A stretch of 64,000 nucleotides of DNA from Candidatus Pacearchaeota archaeon (lineage in GTDB: Archaea > Nanobdellota > Nanobdellia > Pacearchaeales > GW2011-AR1), in contig SICV01000003.1 of the NCBI GenBank assembly GCA_009694725.1, forward strand, positions 21,381-85,380. The letters are read 5' to 3'. Under the pieces are notes generated by a model. That model made no database searches. It was not told where the DNA came from and worked only from the letters and a program-made list of their open reading frames with translations. The number at the start of each line of letters is the position of its first letter. The first letter of the stretch is position 1. Shown here piece by piece: positions 29,293-39,391 of the stretch. The position numbers and the translations under genes were made by a program.

Positions 29293-30258
29293 TTATGCAA
29301 TGTCCTCCGTAAGTATGAGTTTTGCAACAAAGAATCCTTCACTGTCATTATCTTGGGGGTAGAGACGATGGCACTTGGTGACTTCAGGGCTGTAGGTTTC
29401 ACCTTGCCAGTTGGTAACGCCTGGGCGGGTTTTGATCGGGAGGGTGATTGTTTCGAGCTTCACCGGGAAGTTTTTGAGGGCGAAGTCGACCACTGCTTCG
29501 TTTTCAAGCGGGGAGTGAGTACAGGTTGAGTAGAGGAGAATGCCGTCTTTTTTGAGAGCTCGAAGTGCAGAAGCCATGAGTTTCTTTTGAAGTCTCCCCA
29601 TTTTGTCTACTACGCGATGATTCCACATCAGGAATGTTTTTGGTGAGCTTCGCAAGGTGCCTTCACCTGAACAGGGAGCATCGAGTAAAATACGATCTGC
29701 TTTGATGCCATGATCGGCGAATCGATGGGTAAGGCCAATGGCGTCATCGCGCGTCATGATACAATTGGTTGCTCCGCATCGTTCAAGGGTTGCGGAGAGG
29801 ATGCGGAGTCGGTCAAGTTTGACTTCATTCGCGATTAAGGTTCCTTGGTTCTGCATGGCTGCGGCGAGTTGTCCTGATTTTGAACCGGGGGCGGCGCACA
29901 GATCAAAGACGAGTTCACCTGGTTGGGGTTGGAGGGCAATCACGGAGAGCATCGAGGAGAGTTCTTGGACATAATAGTAGCCGAGAATATGTTCTAGGGC
30001 GTTGCCGAGTTCTCCCGGGCCGAGTTGGTTCGTGATGCGCATCACTTCGGGATGGGAAGGAGCAGGTTGGAAGATAGTCCAGCCCTTTGCTTCTAATCGT
30101 GCTTTGAGTTCTGCGGGCTTGATTTTGAGTGTGTTACACCGAATCCAGTTTGGAGGGCCGGTGTGGACGATTGTTTCATAGGCTTCGAAGTCTTTTTGGT
30201 CTGGTAGGAGTGCATGCATCTGCTCTGCAAAGCGTTCTTTCATTTCTGGGCGTACCAT
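29293..30258 (-). CDS. NOL1/NOP2/Sun RNA m5C methyltransferase
   Basis: DLCAAPGSK, DAPCSGEG, YSTCT..PLENE, EGFF. Confidence 0.95.
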   Translation of the reverse strand: MVRPEMKERFAEQMHALLPDQKDFEAYETIVHTGPPNWIRCNTLKIKPAELKARLEAKGWTIFQPAPSHPEVMRITNQLGPGELGNALEHILGYYYVQELSSMLSVIALQPQPGELVFDLCAAPGSKSGQLAAAMQNQGTLIANEVKLDRLRILSATLERCGATNCIMTRDDAIGLTHRFADHGIKADRILLDAPCSGEGTLRSSPKTFLMWNHRVVDKMGRLQKKLMASALRALKKDGILLYSTCTHSPLENEAVVDFALKNFPVKLETITLPIKTRPGVTNWQGETYSPEVTKCHRLYPQDNDSEGFFVAKLILTEDIA

Positions 30259-30758
30259 TATCTATAGCGCCCCGAAGGGGTTTTAAGGGTACCGTTTGCT
30301 TGTTGGGCGAGGATAGCACGGATTTCAGTGGGGTGGAGTCCGAAGTCGGGTTTCCACTTCTTTCCCCCTGTTTCAAATTGCCATTCGGCAGAAGCAAGTA
30401 AGGCATGTCCCAATCCTCGTGTAATAACAAGCATATCTGTTGCTCGCTCATCTGCAACACGTGCTTTCAGATTCGTATTGTATTTTGTTCCAAGTGCCAT
30501 TATTGTTCCCCTTTTTAATAAAGGAATATCGCGTACGGCGTGACTTAATTCATGGGCAATTCCTCCGGTGAGTATTGCTTCAGGTAATATAACATAGGCT
30601 GGTTCGCATTTTATATGATGAATTCTTCTTGGTACATCTGGATCATATAAGAGATACCAATCTTTTCCTTTTTGTATTTCAAAGATAAATCGTTCTTGTT
30701 GTAATTCCGGAAAATATGTTCGAATCAGGTGTGTGCCAATGCGTGCAAGTCGATTCAT
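30258..30758 (-). CDS. HExxH zincin-like protein
   Basis: GGIAHELSH with downstream DERATD..VI.RG.G. Confidence 0.7.
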   Translation of the reverse strand: MNRLARIGTHLIRTYFPELQQERFIFEIQKGKDWYLLYDPDVPRRIHHIKCEPAYVILPEAILTGGIAHELSHAVRDIPLLKRGTIMALGTKYNTNLKARVADERATDMLVITRGLGHALLASAEWQFETGGKKWKPDFGLHPTEIRAILAQQANGTLKTPSGRYR

Positions 30759-30969
30759 TTCTTTTTCGATAAGAGTGAGTTAAAAAACATGTTGGTGGCT
30801 GTGTGAGGCATACGAAAAAGAGCCTCAATCGTTCTCAGGGCGCCGCAGGCGCCCGGTGCGCCGACCAGGGATTATTTTTGTGTCGTTTGCATCGTCAAAA
30901 CTTCGCTTAAGGGTGATTAAGCGAAAGGTATCTGTGCATAACGGTTGTAACTAGAAGAAACAATGAGTA

Positions 30970-31608
30970 TTAGTAAACCTTGCTTCGTTCTAAAGAAGCA
31001 ACACCTAAAGTATACATGTCTTGTGCAATCGTTGGTCGTTCAGCTTTTAAACACGCGTCAGCAATTCTTAAAGCCCGAGTTCCAATTGCTTGGTAGAGCG
31101 AGTTAGTAAATTCAGGACGTGCATCTCCAAATTCTCGTGCTCTCAAGGCGTCATTGTTTCCAACTGTTTTGTCTAACCAATCAATGTTATACTTTGCGAA
31201 TTCAACAAGACATGCGGCTTGTTCTAATTTACCCTTTCTTCGTGATACCTCCGCAGTTACCAATAAAGAAAGTGTTTTATCTACCCCATAAAAACCGATG
31301 TTTGAACTAAGGGGTCGGCTTGAGCCATAGGTGATATAAAATGGAGCAGTAAAATTACCTCCGCTTATGCCTCCATCAATGTATATTGCCTCTTGTGCAA
31401 CTGCGCCACTCTTTGGAGAAACAGGCATGCCTTCTTCTATGAGATATTGGTTAGAGAGAGCAAACTTTTGCCCATCATCAGCCCCAAAATGTCTTCCGTA
31501 CGTTACTGCTTTTTTAAGTCTTGCTTGGTGTTGTGCCTTAGCTTGTTTTAATTTTATCTGGGCTAATCGCTCAGCAAAAGTTTCACGTATACTTGTTGTT
31601 GTATCCAT
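30970..31608 (-). CDS. Hypothetical protein
   Basis: 212-aa ORF, TTTAAATA upstream. Confidence 0.65.
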   Translation of the reverse strand: MDTTTSIRETFAERLAQIKLKQAKAQHQARLKKAVTYGRHFGADDGQKFALSNQYLIEEGMPVSPKSGAVAQEAIYIDGGISGGNFTAPFYITYGSSRPLSSNIGFYGVDKTLSLLVTAEVSRRKGKLEQAACLVEFAKYNIDWLDKTVGNNDALRAREFGDARPEFTNSLYQAIGTRALRIADACLKAERPTIAQDMYTLGVASLERSKVY

Positions 31609-31676
31609 CCTTTTTTTAATAGGGATAGACTATTTAAATCTTGCTATTGTTACTACTTAAGAGTTATATTCAAACC

Positions 31677-32105
31677 TTAGACCAATTCAGTCGTGTATTT
31701 TTTTACTTGTGTTTCTGGTTGTTGTGGAGAAGAGGCTTGGGAAAGTTGTGAAGTATAGGGGGTATATGTTGCTCGATGTTCAGGATGTGGATCAACCAGG
31801 CCCATTTCAACTTCCCCGCCTGCACGTGTGACAAGATTATAAATCCATACGATGAGAACGGTGAGGGTGAAAATGCCCATGAGTACTCCGATAAAGAGCC
31901 AGGTTGCGAAGATGATTAATTGTCTCAGGTCAACGTACTGAATTAAGGAGATCCCTTGTGCGCTGGGAAGGTATTTACCAAAATAGGCAAGGGCAAAAAA
32001 AACGATGACCGTGAGCGTTGCTAAACTCAATCCAAGATAAAGGCCATATAATGCCGCGCCTTTGAGATAGATGTGACGAAGAGGGATACGTTCGATGTCA
32101 TACAT
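31677..32105 (-). CDS. Two-TM membrane protein (DUF3566-like)
   Basis: Two long hydrophobic helices, WIYNLV...GG. Confidence 0.65.
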   Translation of the reverse strand: MYDIERIPLRHIYLKGAALYGLYLGLSLATLTVIVFFALAYFGKYLPSAQGISLIQYVDLRQLIIFATWLFIGVLMGIFTLTVLIVWIYNLVTRAGGEVEMGLVDPHPEHRATYTPYTSQLSQASSPQQPETQVKKYTTELV

Positions 32106-32299
32106 ATGTACCTGAGTGTTGTGTATCTTTTAAATGATTTGAATGACGTTCTTTTTTAGTCTCGATTAGGTATTACCACGTATCTGATACATGTTTGTGT
32201 ATTTGTTAGGGGAGTTATGTATGTCCTGTTTTGGTATCTGAGGCATATGTTGATGAGAGGTTTGGTGGAGTATAGCGCTCTTGAAAGAAAGGGGGCTTT

Positions 32300-34633
32300 C
32301 TACAACGTGCTTTGTTTTGTTGCGGTAACAATATCTTTGAGTTCTATATTAAAAGTGGCGAGGGCTTGGTTGGCGATTGGTTCAATTTGCTTTGTGATGT
32401 AATGGTCGTAGTCTAGTGGGTGGGTGTGTTTTTGGAGAGGTTCGGGACCAGCAGTGGTGATGTAATACTCGATGATGTCTCCTGGAGGAGTATCGAGTAA
32501 GCGTGCTGCTTTGACATGGGGTGGCGTTGTTTTGGTATAGTCGGCAAGGTCTTTTCTGAGAGATTTGCGGTAGACGAGGAGATTGTCTTTTTTACCGGCA
32601 CGAATTGCCGCGATGTAGTCTTTGATGAATGTTTTATAGGGTTTATTGGTGAAGAGACGGGTGAGGAGCTCGGTCTGGAATTCTTGTGCAGCTGTTGTCC
32701 AATCGCCTCGGACTGCTTCAAGGCCCACAATTTCTAATTCTTCTTTTCCCCCTAGGTGATACATCCCTGCATAGCGTTTCTTTGCCGCCTTTGTTTCTTT
32801 CGCATCCTTTTTTTGCATACGGAGGGGGGGGAAGAGGAGCCCGGTGTAGATACGTTTCGTTTCTAATTCTAAGACTGAGGTGCGTTGATAGTGTGTGGTA
32901 ATGTAGTTTTTGTAGAATGTGTTGATGTACTGTGCGAGTTTTTCTGCTGTTTCTGTTGCTTGTTTTTCTGTTTCTTTGGTAAGGACAAAGACCGAATCGG
33001 TATCTGAGTAAATGATGTCATAGCCTTGTTTTTTTATTTCTTCTGCAGTGAGTTTGATAATCATTTGGGCGAAGTTGGTGATCGAAGAGCCTAGTGTGAA
33101 GTTGAAATAGCGGGAGTTGGGGCTGGCGAGGACACCAAAGAACGAGTTCATAATAATTTTAATAGCATAACTGGCGAGTTCTCGTTTCTCTTGCTTTGCT
33201 TTTTCTCGAGCGTGATGAAGAGAGGTGAGAATCTGAGGGAGGATGCCTTCGGTATTAGTGAGATAGGCCCCATTTGGACTTTCAATGAATCCTTTTTCTT
33301 TGTTCTCTCTGAATGAGGACGGATCTATATTGAATGTACGCATGATGCTGGGATAGAGTGATTTAAAGTCTAAGACGGCAACGTTGTGGTAGATGCCTGG
33401 CTGAGGGGTAAGGACATATCCTCCGAGAATTTTATCTTCTTTGGGATTATAGCGTGTGGTGGGAGAGACTAATCCTTTTTTACGAGCTTCTCGGATGTAG
33501 AGTGAATCAAAGGCTGCAATACTTCCTCCGAGACGATCAAAGTGGAGACCGGTCAAATGGGAACGTTCGATGATAAGGTCGAGTATTTTTGTTTGATCCA
33601 TGATTTCATAGACGAGTTCACAATCGCGGAGGTTATAGTCCACTATTTTTTGAGGGTCGTTGTGATAGAGAGCGATAATTTCTTGATGTCTTCCTTTTCC
33701 CTTGAGCAGTTTTCCTTTTTTGATAAGGGCTTGAGATACATTTTCAAGCGTATATGAGTCGAAATCGGCAAATTTGATGGAGGGGGCTTCTTTGATGAAT
33801 GGGTCTTTGATAAGGGCAAGACCATCGAGTACTTGTCTTCCGGGAAGTTCACACGTTGAAGCGCGGAAGAAATTACCTGAAGCACGGATACGCGCTTTCT
33901 CTCCGGTTCTGCTCCAATCGAAAGGTATTTTGCTTTTTTTGTACCGTTCTTGGAGATAGACCATATCGAAATCAATCATATTCCAACCCGTGATGATGTC
34001 AGGGTCGAATTTCAGAACTTCTTGTTGGGCTTTTTCAAGGCAGTCTGCTTCATCTTGACAGGGAACACTATTTGTTAACTTTTCTTTTGTAATAAAAAAG
34101 CATTTTTTATAGTTTTTACTGTATAGTCCGATGCAAAAAAGATTCCCTTGTTCATCTGATTCGGTATCGATTGAGAGAACTTTGAGATTGTGGGGCGTTT
34201 CTTCTGTTTTGTGTATAGCTGGGTTTGTATAGATGCGATCTACACGTTCTCCTGGTTCCCATTCTCCTTCTAGTTTTATGAAGAGTTTGAGGTCGTTATC
34301 AATGAGGAAGCGTGTGTTTGGTTTGATATCTGCCTCATAGGTATCAATTTCTAATTTATGGAGCGCTTCCGAGAGTTTATTGAGCTGGAGGTAGTCAGCA
34401 TGTGAGATTTTAATGACTTTTTCACCGAGAAAGGTGGTTTCTGGTGCTTCTTGGACTGTATATTTGATGAGATATTTCTCTGCTTTCTTTTTTGAGGAGT
34501 GTCTCATGAAGAAATAAGGGGTGAGTTGCTGTATGGAAGAAAATGTTTGCCCATTTTCTAAGCGTCCGTGAAGCGTGACAACCGTTTGTTCATTTCTGAG
34601 CTCATAACTGCTGTCTACCAGGATTGCTTTCAT
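32300..34633 (-). CDS. polB: Family B DNA polymerase (Pol II-like)
   Basis: Exo motifs DTE, GWN..FD, YNLRD; pol motifs DFKSLYPS, KIIMNSFFG, YSDTDS, KKRY. Confidence 0.95.
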   Translation of the reverse strand: MKAILVDSSYELRNEQTVVTLHGRLENGQTFSSIQQLTPYFFMRHSSKKKAEKYLIKYTVQEAPETTFLGEKVIKISHADYLQLNKLSEALHKLEIDTYEADIKPNTRFLIDNDLKLFIKLEGEWEPGERVDRIYTNPAIHKTEETPHNLKVLSIDTESDEQGNLFCIGLYSKNYKKCFFITKEKLTNSVPCQDEADCLEKAQQEVLKFDPDIITGWNMIDFDMVYLQERYKKSKIPFDWSRTGEKARIRASGNFFRASTCELPGRQVLDGLALIKDPFIKEAPSIKFADFDSYTLENVSQALIKKGKLLKGKGRHQEIIALYHNDPQKIVDYNLRDCELVYEIMDQTKILDLIIERSHLTGLHFDRLGGSIAAFDSLYIREARKKGLVSPTTRYNPKEDKILGGYVLTPQPGIYHNVAVLDFKSLYPSIMRTFNIDPSSFRENKEKGFIESPNGAYLTNTEGILPQILTSLHHAREKAKQEKRELASYAIKIIMNSFFGVLASPNSRYFNFTLGSSITNFAQMIIKLTAEEIKKQGYDIIYSDTDSVFVLTKETEKQATETAEKLAQYINTFYKNYITTHYQRTSVLELETKRIYTGLLFPPLRMQKKDAKETKAAKKRYAGMYHLGGKEELEIVGLEAVRGDWTTAAQEFQTELLTRLFTNKPYKTFIKDYIAAIRAGKKDNLLVYRKSLRKDLADYTKTTPPHVKAARLLDTPPGDIIEYYITTAGPEPLQKHTHPLDYDHYITKQIEPIANQALATFNIELKDIVTATKQSTL

Positions 34634-34740
34634 ACAGTTTCTTCGTGTTCGTTCATTAAGAAGGTATCTTTCTTTTATAGTGTCACTTTTTGGTAGTAGC
34701 TAATCGTAATGTTTAAATAGGGATCTGAAGCTCTTTCAGT

Positions 34741-35349
34741 ATGGCTACACAAGCAGTGAAACGGCAGATGCGAGACTATCTTGTAGATCGTCTTGCGGCA
34801 GGAGGGACTCCTGTCTCCCCTCAGGCTGTTCAGTTCGATACTTCTGGCACCTTATATTCTGTGGGTGAGGATGGTTTCGTACTTGCTTTGTATGATACGT
34901 TTGGAGGGGAACGATTTACGCGACTTATACATGAAGTTGTACGAAAGAGGCCTCGTCGGGCAGTCGTCGTGTTGAAAGAGGGTACTACGTATTTCAGAAG
35001 TGCTGCAGAGGATGTTCACTTTAAACGTGATGATAGAAGCTTGAAACACTATAGTGTTGATGACGTTAATCGTATGATTTTGACTCGTCCTGAAGAACAA
35101 GCTGTTTTGAAGAGTTCGAAAACAATTCAATACTATCAACCAGCATCAAGCAGATTATCTGAAGGTCTTGCGACTATTGGTTTTGAGCCGGTTGCATATG
35201 ATTATACACATCTTCCTGCTGATTGGTTTCGACCAGCAGAGAAGGATTCTACTCGTCTTTTCCTGAATACGCCTCTTTCGCTTTTGGATGGTCCTCTTTG
35301 TTTAGGTGCTCGTGCGTTGATTCCTGCATCTTCTGGCCGAGGGGCTTAA
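34741..35349 (+). CDS. Hypothetical protein
   Basis: 202-aa ORF with TTTAAATA about 25 nt upstream. Confidence 0.7.
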   Translation: MATQAVKRQMRDYLVDRLAAGGTPVSPQAVQFDTSGTLYSVGEDGFVLALYDTFGGERFTRLIHEVVRKRPRRAVVVLKEGTTYFRSAAEDVHFKRDDRSLKHYSVDDVNRMILTRPEEQAVLKSSKTIQYYQPASSRLSEGLATIGFEPVAYDYTHLPADWFRPAEKDSTRLFLNTPLSLLDGPLCLGARALIPASSGRGA

Positions 35350-35356
35350 TTCTCTT

Positions 35357-36111
35357 ATGGGCTCTTTTTTTCATCGTTCATATGCACATGGTGAAGATCA
35401 TAATCGCGGTATTGATCGGAAAGAGATTTTTTGCTCTGAACGAAAGCAGTAGATCGGGAAGACTACTCTGCATTGTTAACGGGTGTGCACCGCATTTTGG
35501 AAGAGACCGGGAGGCAACTTGTTCTGAAAGATTATGGCGTGTTTCATGCGGGAAAGGGACCGTATGGCAGCCCTGAATGGTATGAGCACCAGGCTTTAAC
35601 AACTAAAAATCGGGGGCTTGGTGAGCAAGTAAGTGCAATTGAGCTTGACACACTCTTACGAAGTGAGCCGTATCAGAAAGAACATCCTCATTTTGATGTG
35701 TTTGTTCTGAATCGTGACTTGACCACTACTCAGGAAGATACTACTAACAATTATATTTTTGGGTATGGTCCGTACCCGAATAATATTGTCTCAACGACAC
35801 GGTTTCAGCTTTTAATGCCTACAGATAGCATACGGCATGCTGCGTTACAGATTATTGGAGCGCATGAGTTTGGGCATACTATAGATTTAGTACATCGTGA
35901 CTTTAATACGGGAACGCAGGGTTATCAACTCGTTCATTGTATTGGTGAGAAGGGCCCCTGTTTAATGGAACAGGTCAATGTGCCGGGATGCAAGACTATG
36001 GAAGAACAAGCGAAGTTACTGGTTACTTGAAAACATCTCTTGTGTGAAGATTGTACTGATGAAATGAGATGGAAGCGTGCGGATATGCGAGCGAAAGGCG
36101 TGTATTGGTAA
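35357..36111 (+). pseudogene. Disrupted archaemetzincin-like zinc protease
   Basis: AHEFGHTIDLVH..HC..CLM in 35473-36030; frame continues past TGA 36028 into KHLLCEDC..W* (36111); upstream TGA 35437 and a frameshift at a T6 run link to ATG 35357. Confidence 0.7.
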
Positions 36112-36149
36112 GTGAGTAGCTTTTTAACTTCGTATTCTCTTGTTTCTCT

Positions 36150-37163
36150 ATGGGTCTCCATATTGGTGATATTGTTCCTCGGCATGAAATTCAATTGAGT
36201 GCTCTCAAGGGGAAAGTGCTGGCGGTTGATGCGTTTAATGTGATTTTTCAATTTTTGTCTTCCATTCGACAGCCCGATGGGACTCCGTTGATGGACAGTC
36301 AGGGGCGCGTGACTTCTCATTTATCTGGGCTGTTTAATCGTAATGCTGCTTTGTTAAAAGAGGGAATACGATTGATTTATGTGTTTGATGGAGAGTATCA
36401 TCCGTTGAAGAGTAAAACGCATGCTCTTCGGCAAGCGGTGAAAGATAAGGCGCGAGAAGCTCATGCGGCTGCGGTTGCCGATGAAGATTTTATTGAAGCG
36501 GGTAAATATGCGCGGCAGTTGAGTACGGTAAATGAGGGCATGTTGGATGAATGTAAACAATTATTGACTTCGATGGGAATTGCGGTGTATCAAGCGGCGG
36601 GAGAGGGGGAAATGCAGTGTGCTGAGTTGGTCAAGCGTGGGGATGCCTGGGCAGTTGCTTCGCAGGATTATGATGCGCTTGCGGTGGGGGGGAAGCGCTT
36701 GATTCAAAATCTGACCCTTGCAAAGACCCGGAAGACTGCTTCAGGGGTTATTTATATTGCGCCTGAAGTCATCGACTATGTCCAGACATTACAATCGCTT
36801 GAATTGGATAGTGATCAGTTGATTTGTGTGGCGATTTTAGTAGGGACAGACTTTAATCCGGGCGGGGTGAAAGGTATTGGGCCGAAGAAAGCACTTTCAT
36901 TGGTGCGCGAGAAAAAGTTCCCTGTTGCGATTTTTCAAGAATTACAAGAACAGGGGAAATTAGATTTTGATTGGTCTGAAATATTTCATATTTTCAAGCA
37001 ACCAACCGTTTCGAAGGAACCGGTCGTCTGGCCGAAGTATGATCGAAAGAAAGTTATGCAGTTGTTAGTTGAGGAACATGAGTTTGGGAAAGAACGAGTT
37101 GAGAAACAATTAGATGCTTTGGAAGCAGTCGCGCGTGAACAGAAACAGAAGACGTTGTTTTAA
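36150..37163 (+). CDS. fen: Flap endonuclease 1
   Basis: DAFN..QFLSSIRQPDGTPL, VFDG, EGE, SQDYD, GTDFN..GIGPK, C-terminal PIP box QKTLF. Confidence 0.97.
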   Translation: MGLHIGDIVPRHEIQLSALKGKVLAVDAFNVIFQFLSSIRQPDGTPLMDSQGRVTSHLSGLFNRNAALLKEGIRLIYVFDGEYHPLKSKTHALRQAVKDKAREAHAAAVADEDFIEAGKYARQLSTVNEGMLDECKQLLTSMGIAVYQAAGEGEMQCAELVKRGDAWAVASQDYDALAVGGKRLIQNLTLAKTRKTASGVIYIAPEVIDYVQTLQSLELDSDQLICVAILVGTDFNPGGVKGIGPKKALSLVREKKFPVAIFQELQEQGKLDFDWSEIFHIFKQPTVSKEPVVWPKYDRKKVMQLLVEEHEFGKERVEKQLDALEAVAREQKQKTLF

Positions 37164-37199
37164 CAACGTCTTTAATGGGCGTTATCTGTTGTTACAATC

Positions 37200-37373
37200 A
37201 TGAACGATACTGAAGTTACCGTTGATTTAGAAGCTCTTCGGGGCGATAAACAAACAAATTTTCAAGAACGATTGTGGTTTATTTCGTATTGGGTGAGAAA
37301 ACTGAAAACTTTATCTGATACGGAATGGACGCAGATGCAAGCTGATTTTATTAATGCCCAATTTAAACATTAG
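37200..37373 (+). CDS. Small hypothetical protein (not in ORF track)
   Basis: Hand translation MNDTEVTVDLEALRGDKQTNFQERLWFISYWVRKLKTLSDTEWTQMQADFINAQFKH (57 aa); fills the gap after fen. Confidence 0.65.
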   Translation: MNDTEVTVDLEALRGDKQTNFQERLWFISYWVRKLKTLSDTEWTQMQADFINAQFKH

Positions 37374-38071
37374 GTGATGTCATATTTGGTGTAATCGGGA
37401 TTGTTGAGGTTCTTGAGTTTGATGCCGGACACTTCTTCTTTTAATGTTTTGATATCTTTTTTTTCTTGCTTTCGTTCCATTTTTGCTTTGATGATTTCAA
37501 AGAGTCTTTCCCAGACTTTTGTGAAGATACCAATGTAAAGCACGCCGAGTATAAGTGCAAGTTCAAGGACGAGTTGGACAATGAATGGATTGATTCCCGG
37601 GATGTTGAATCCTTGGGTAAGTCCGACGCCCCAGGTGGCAAGGGTGCGTTCAACACCCAGCGCTGAGGCGAGGGTTGCGACACCGAAACCTACCGCCCAG
37701 TGGACTTTGGTATCCCAGAGTTCGAGGAACGCGAGGAGGCGTTTTATCGAGGTACCAAGGGATATCCAAATAATTGCGCTGAAGAGGAAAAGAAAATTCC
37801 AACTGAACGGGATACCGAGAAGGAATTGCCAGACAAAGTTCAGAGAGGTGAGTTGGCGGTCTGCTTCTCGAATGTATTTGCCTGCGGTTGATTTGTTAAG
37901 GAAGTCAGCCCATTGTTCTTTGAGGTACGTATCTCGCGCTTGTTGATCATTGAGTTTATTGACGACGTCTTGTGTTTGTTCTACGGTGTCTTGGAAGGGA
38001 AGTTCTGCGCTCGAGACGAGCGGCGCTAGGAGTAAGCATGTCAGTATGAGGAACGGTACGATTGTTTTCAT
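37370..38071 (-). CDS. Signal-peptide multi-pass membrane protein with C-terminal charged helix
   Basis: Signal peptide (..LVSSA), 3-4 TMs, Lys/Glu-rich tail. Confidence 0.75.
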   Translation of the reverse strand: MKTIVPFLILTCLLLAPLVSSAELPFQDTVEQTQDVVNKLNDQQARDTYLKEQWADFLNKSTAGKYIREADRQLTSLNFVWQFLLGIPFSWNFLFLFSAIIWISLGTSIKRLLAFLELWDTKVHWAVGFGVATLASALGVERTLATWGVGLTQGFNIPGINPFIVQLVLELALILGVLYIGIFTKVWERLFEIIKAKMERKQEKKDIKTLKEEVSGIKLKNLNNPDYTKYDIT

Positions 38072-38123
38072 GGTGTTGTTCTCTCTTTTATTGCGCCTCT
38101 TTGTATATACTCTTCAACTGTGC

Positions 38124-38639
38124 TCATAGTTCTATTGCTCCTTGAAAGAGAATGCCGTTTATAACACTATTCTTAAGTTCAGGGGAAATTTTCTTCCAGG
38201 GGAGGTATTCAATGTTGATTGGACGTGCACATTCTTTTTCGTATGGTTCAAGATTCAAGGGTTTTTCTTTGGTATCTATGATAGCGATATCAATGTCTGA
38301 ACGTTCAGCATCTTGCCCATAGGCATAGGAACCAAAGAGGATGATTGTTGCGAGGGGGTAGGTATTGTTGAGATAGGCAATGAGTCCTGAGGTATACATG
38401 CTGGTGAAGTTAGCAATGCGTTTCTTGATGGTGAATGTATCTGTGATGTTTCCTCGCACTAAATAGTTAAATCGTTTTTCCAGGGTGATCAGCTCTTGTT
38501 TTTCTAATACTTTGAGCGCATCCCCTATTGCGGGAGGGGAAAGCGAAAGCTTTTTGCTGAGCTCTCTGAGTGAGAAGGTGGTATTCGGGTATTTGAAGAG
38601 AAGATCGAGTATTTTCTCGGGGGCTATGCTTTGTTTCAT
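38124..38639 (-). CDS. HTH plus minimal nucleotidyltransferase (MNT/Pol-beta) protein
   Basis: SLRELSKKLSLS HTH; LFGSYAYG..SDIDIAI. Confidence 0.88.
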   Translation of the reverse strand: MKQSIAPEKILDLLFKYPNTTFSLRELSKKLSLSPPAIGDALKVLEKQELITLEKRFNYLVRGNITDTFTIKKRIANFTSMYTSGLIAYLNNTYPLATIILFGSYAYGQDAERSDIDIAIIDTKEKPLNLEPYEKECARPINIEYLPWKKISPELKNSVINGILFQGAIEL

Positions 38640-38813
38640 CTTGGCAAGTTATCTTTCTGTTTAGTAAGTTATTATTTTAGTTGATAGATTAACTTTTCAA
38701 GAGTATATAAGGATTGTGGTTGTTGTTTGGAAGAGCGGCACTCGTGCTTGGGGTATCTTTACTCTTTTAGTTACCTAAAGATTTATACATTCTTATTCTC
38801 TTTAGAAAAGTGT

Positions 38814-39371
38814 ATGGAGACTTCTTGGAAAGCAAAGCAAAAGTGGATGCGTCGAGTGTTGGGTGAAGTTCATCCTGGCTCTCTTTCCCCTTTGGTGCAA
38901 GCAGAAGATGCGCGAACGTTGGCGCGCGTTTCTCAATTGCTGAGTCGAGGGTACACTCTTACTGGTTCTCATGAAAAGGCAACGCATCAACGAGCGTTGG
39001 TTACCGAGCTCTATGCAGAAGCGGGAGATCGGTATGCACAGGCACGTTATCCTGAGGATGCTGCACGTATGTATCGTGCGGCAGGACTTGAAGATAAAGC
39101 AGAGGCAGTTGAACGTGCTGCTGAAACATCGCTCCGTCGATTGAGGCGGGACGTGTTGGGAAGGTCTACTCTTGTTTTCATCGGGATGTTTGTACTTGTA
39201 GGGTTATTTTCTGTAGCTCCTTCTGCTCTTGGTAATGTGATTGCCCCTGTTTCTTCCTCTCCTTCTTTATTTTTGCTCTTTGTGTGTACTCTCCTTCTCT
39301 TGTCGGTTGCGTGGTTGGAACGACGTACGTTGTTTCTGTGGTGGTGCGGTTTTACAGCAATATTTAAATAG
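38814..39371 (+). CDS. TPR-like repeat protein with C-terminal TM hairpin
   Basis: AEAGDRY..AARMYRAAG helical repeat, two TMs around ALGNVI. Confidence 0.6.
   Translation: METSWKAKQKWMRRVLGEVHPGSLSPLVQAEDARTLARVSQLLSRGYTLTGSHEKATHQRALVTELYAEAGDRYAQARYPEDAARMYRAAGLEDKAEAVERAAETSLRRLRRDVLGRSTLVFIGMFVLVGLFSVAPSALGNVIAPVSSSPSLFLLFVCTLLLLSVAWLERRTLFLWWCGFTAIFK
39349..39371 (+). promoter_or_regulatory. BRE/TATA promoter duplicated at 40410-40432
   Basis: GTTTTAYAGCAATATTTAAATAG, 22/23 identical, same spacing to ATG in both copies. Confidence 0.75.
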
Positions 39372-39391
39372 TCTTTTTTTATAAGTGTGTT

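Noticed and set aside
35437-36030. TGA recoding (Trp, Gly or Sec)
   Set aside because: TGA ends other genes at their natural C-termini (e.g. 43975, 47255), the gene also needs a frameshift, and aRF1 motifs are canonical.
38124-38639. Complete MNT-HEPN toxin-antitoxin pair
   Set aside because: No adjacent ORF with a HEPN RX4-6H pattern; only the MNT gene is supported.
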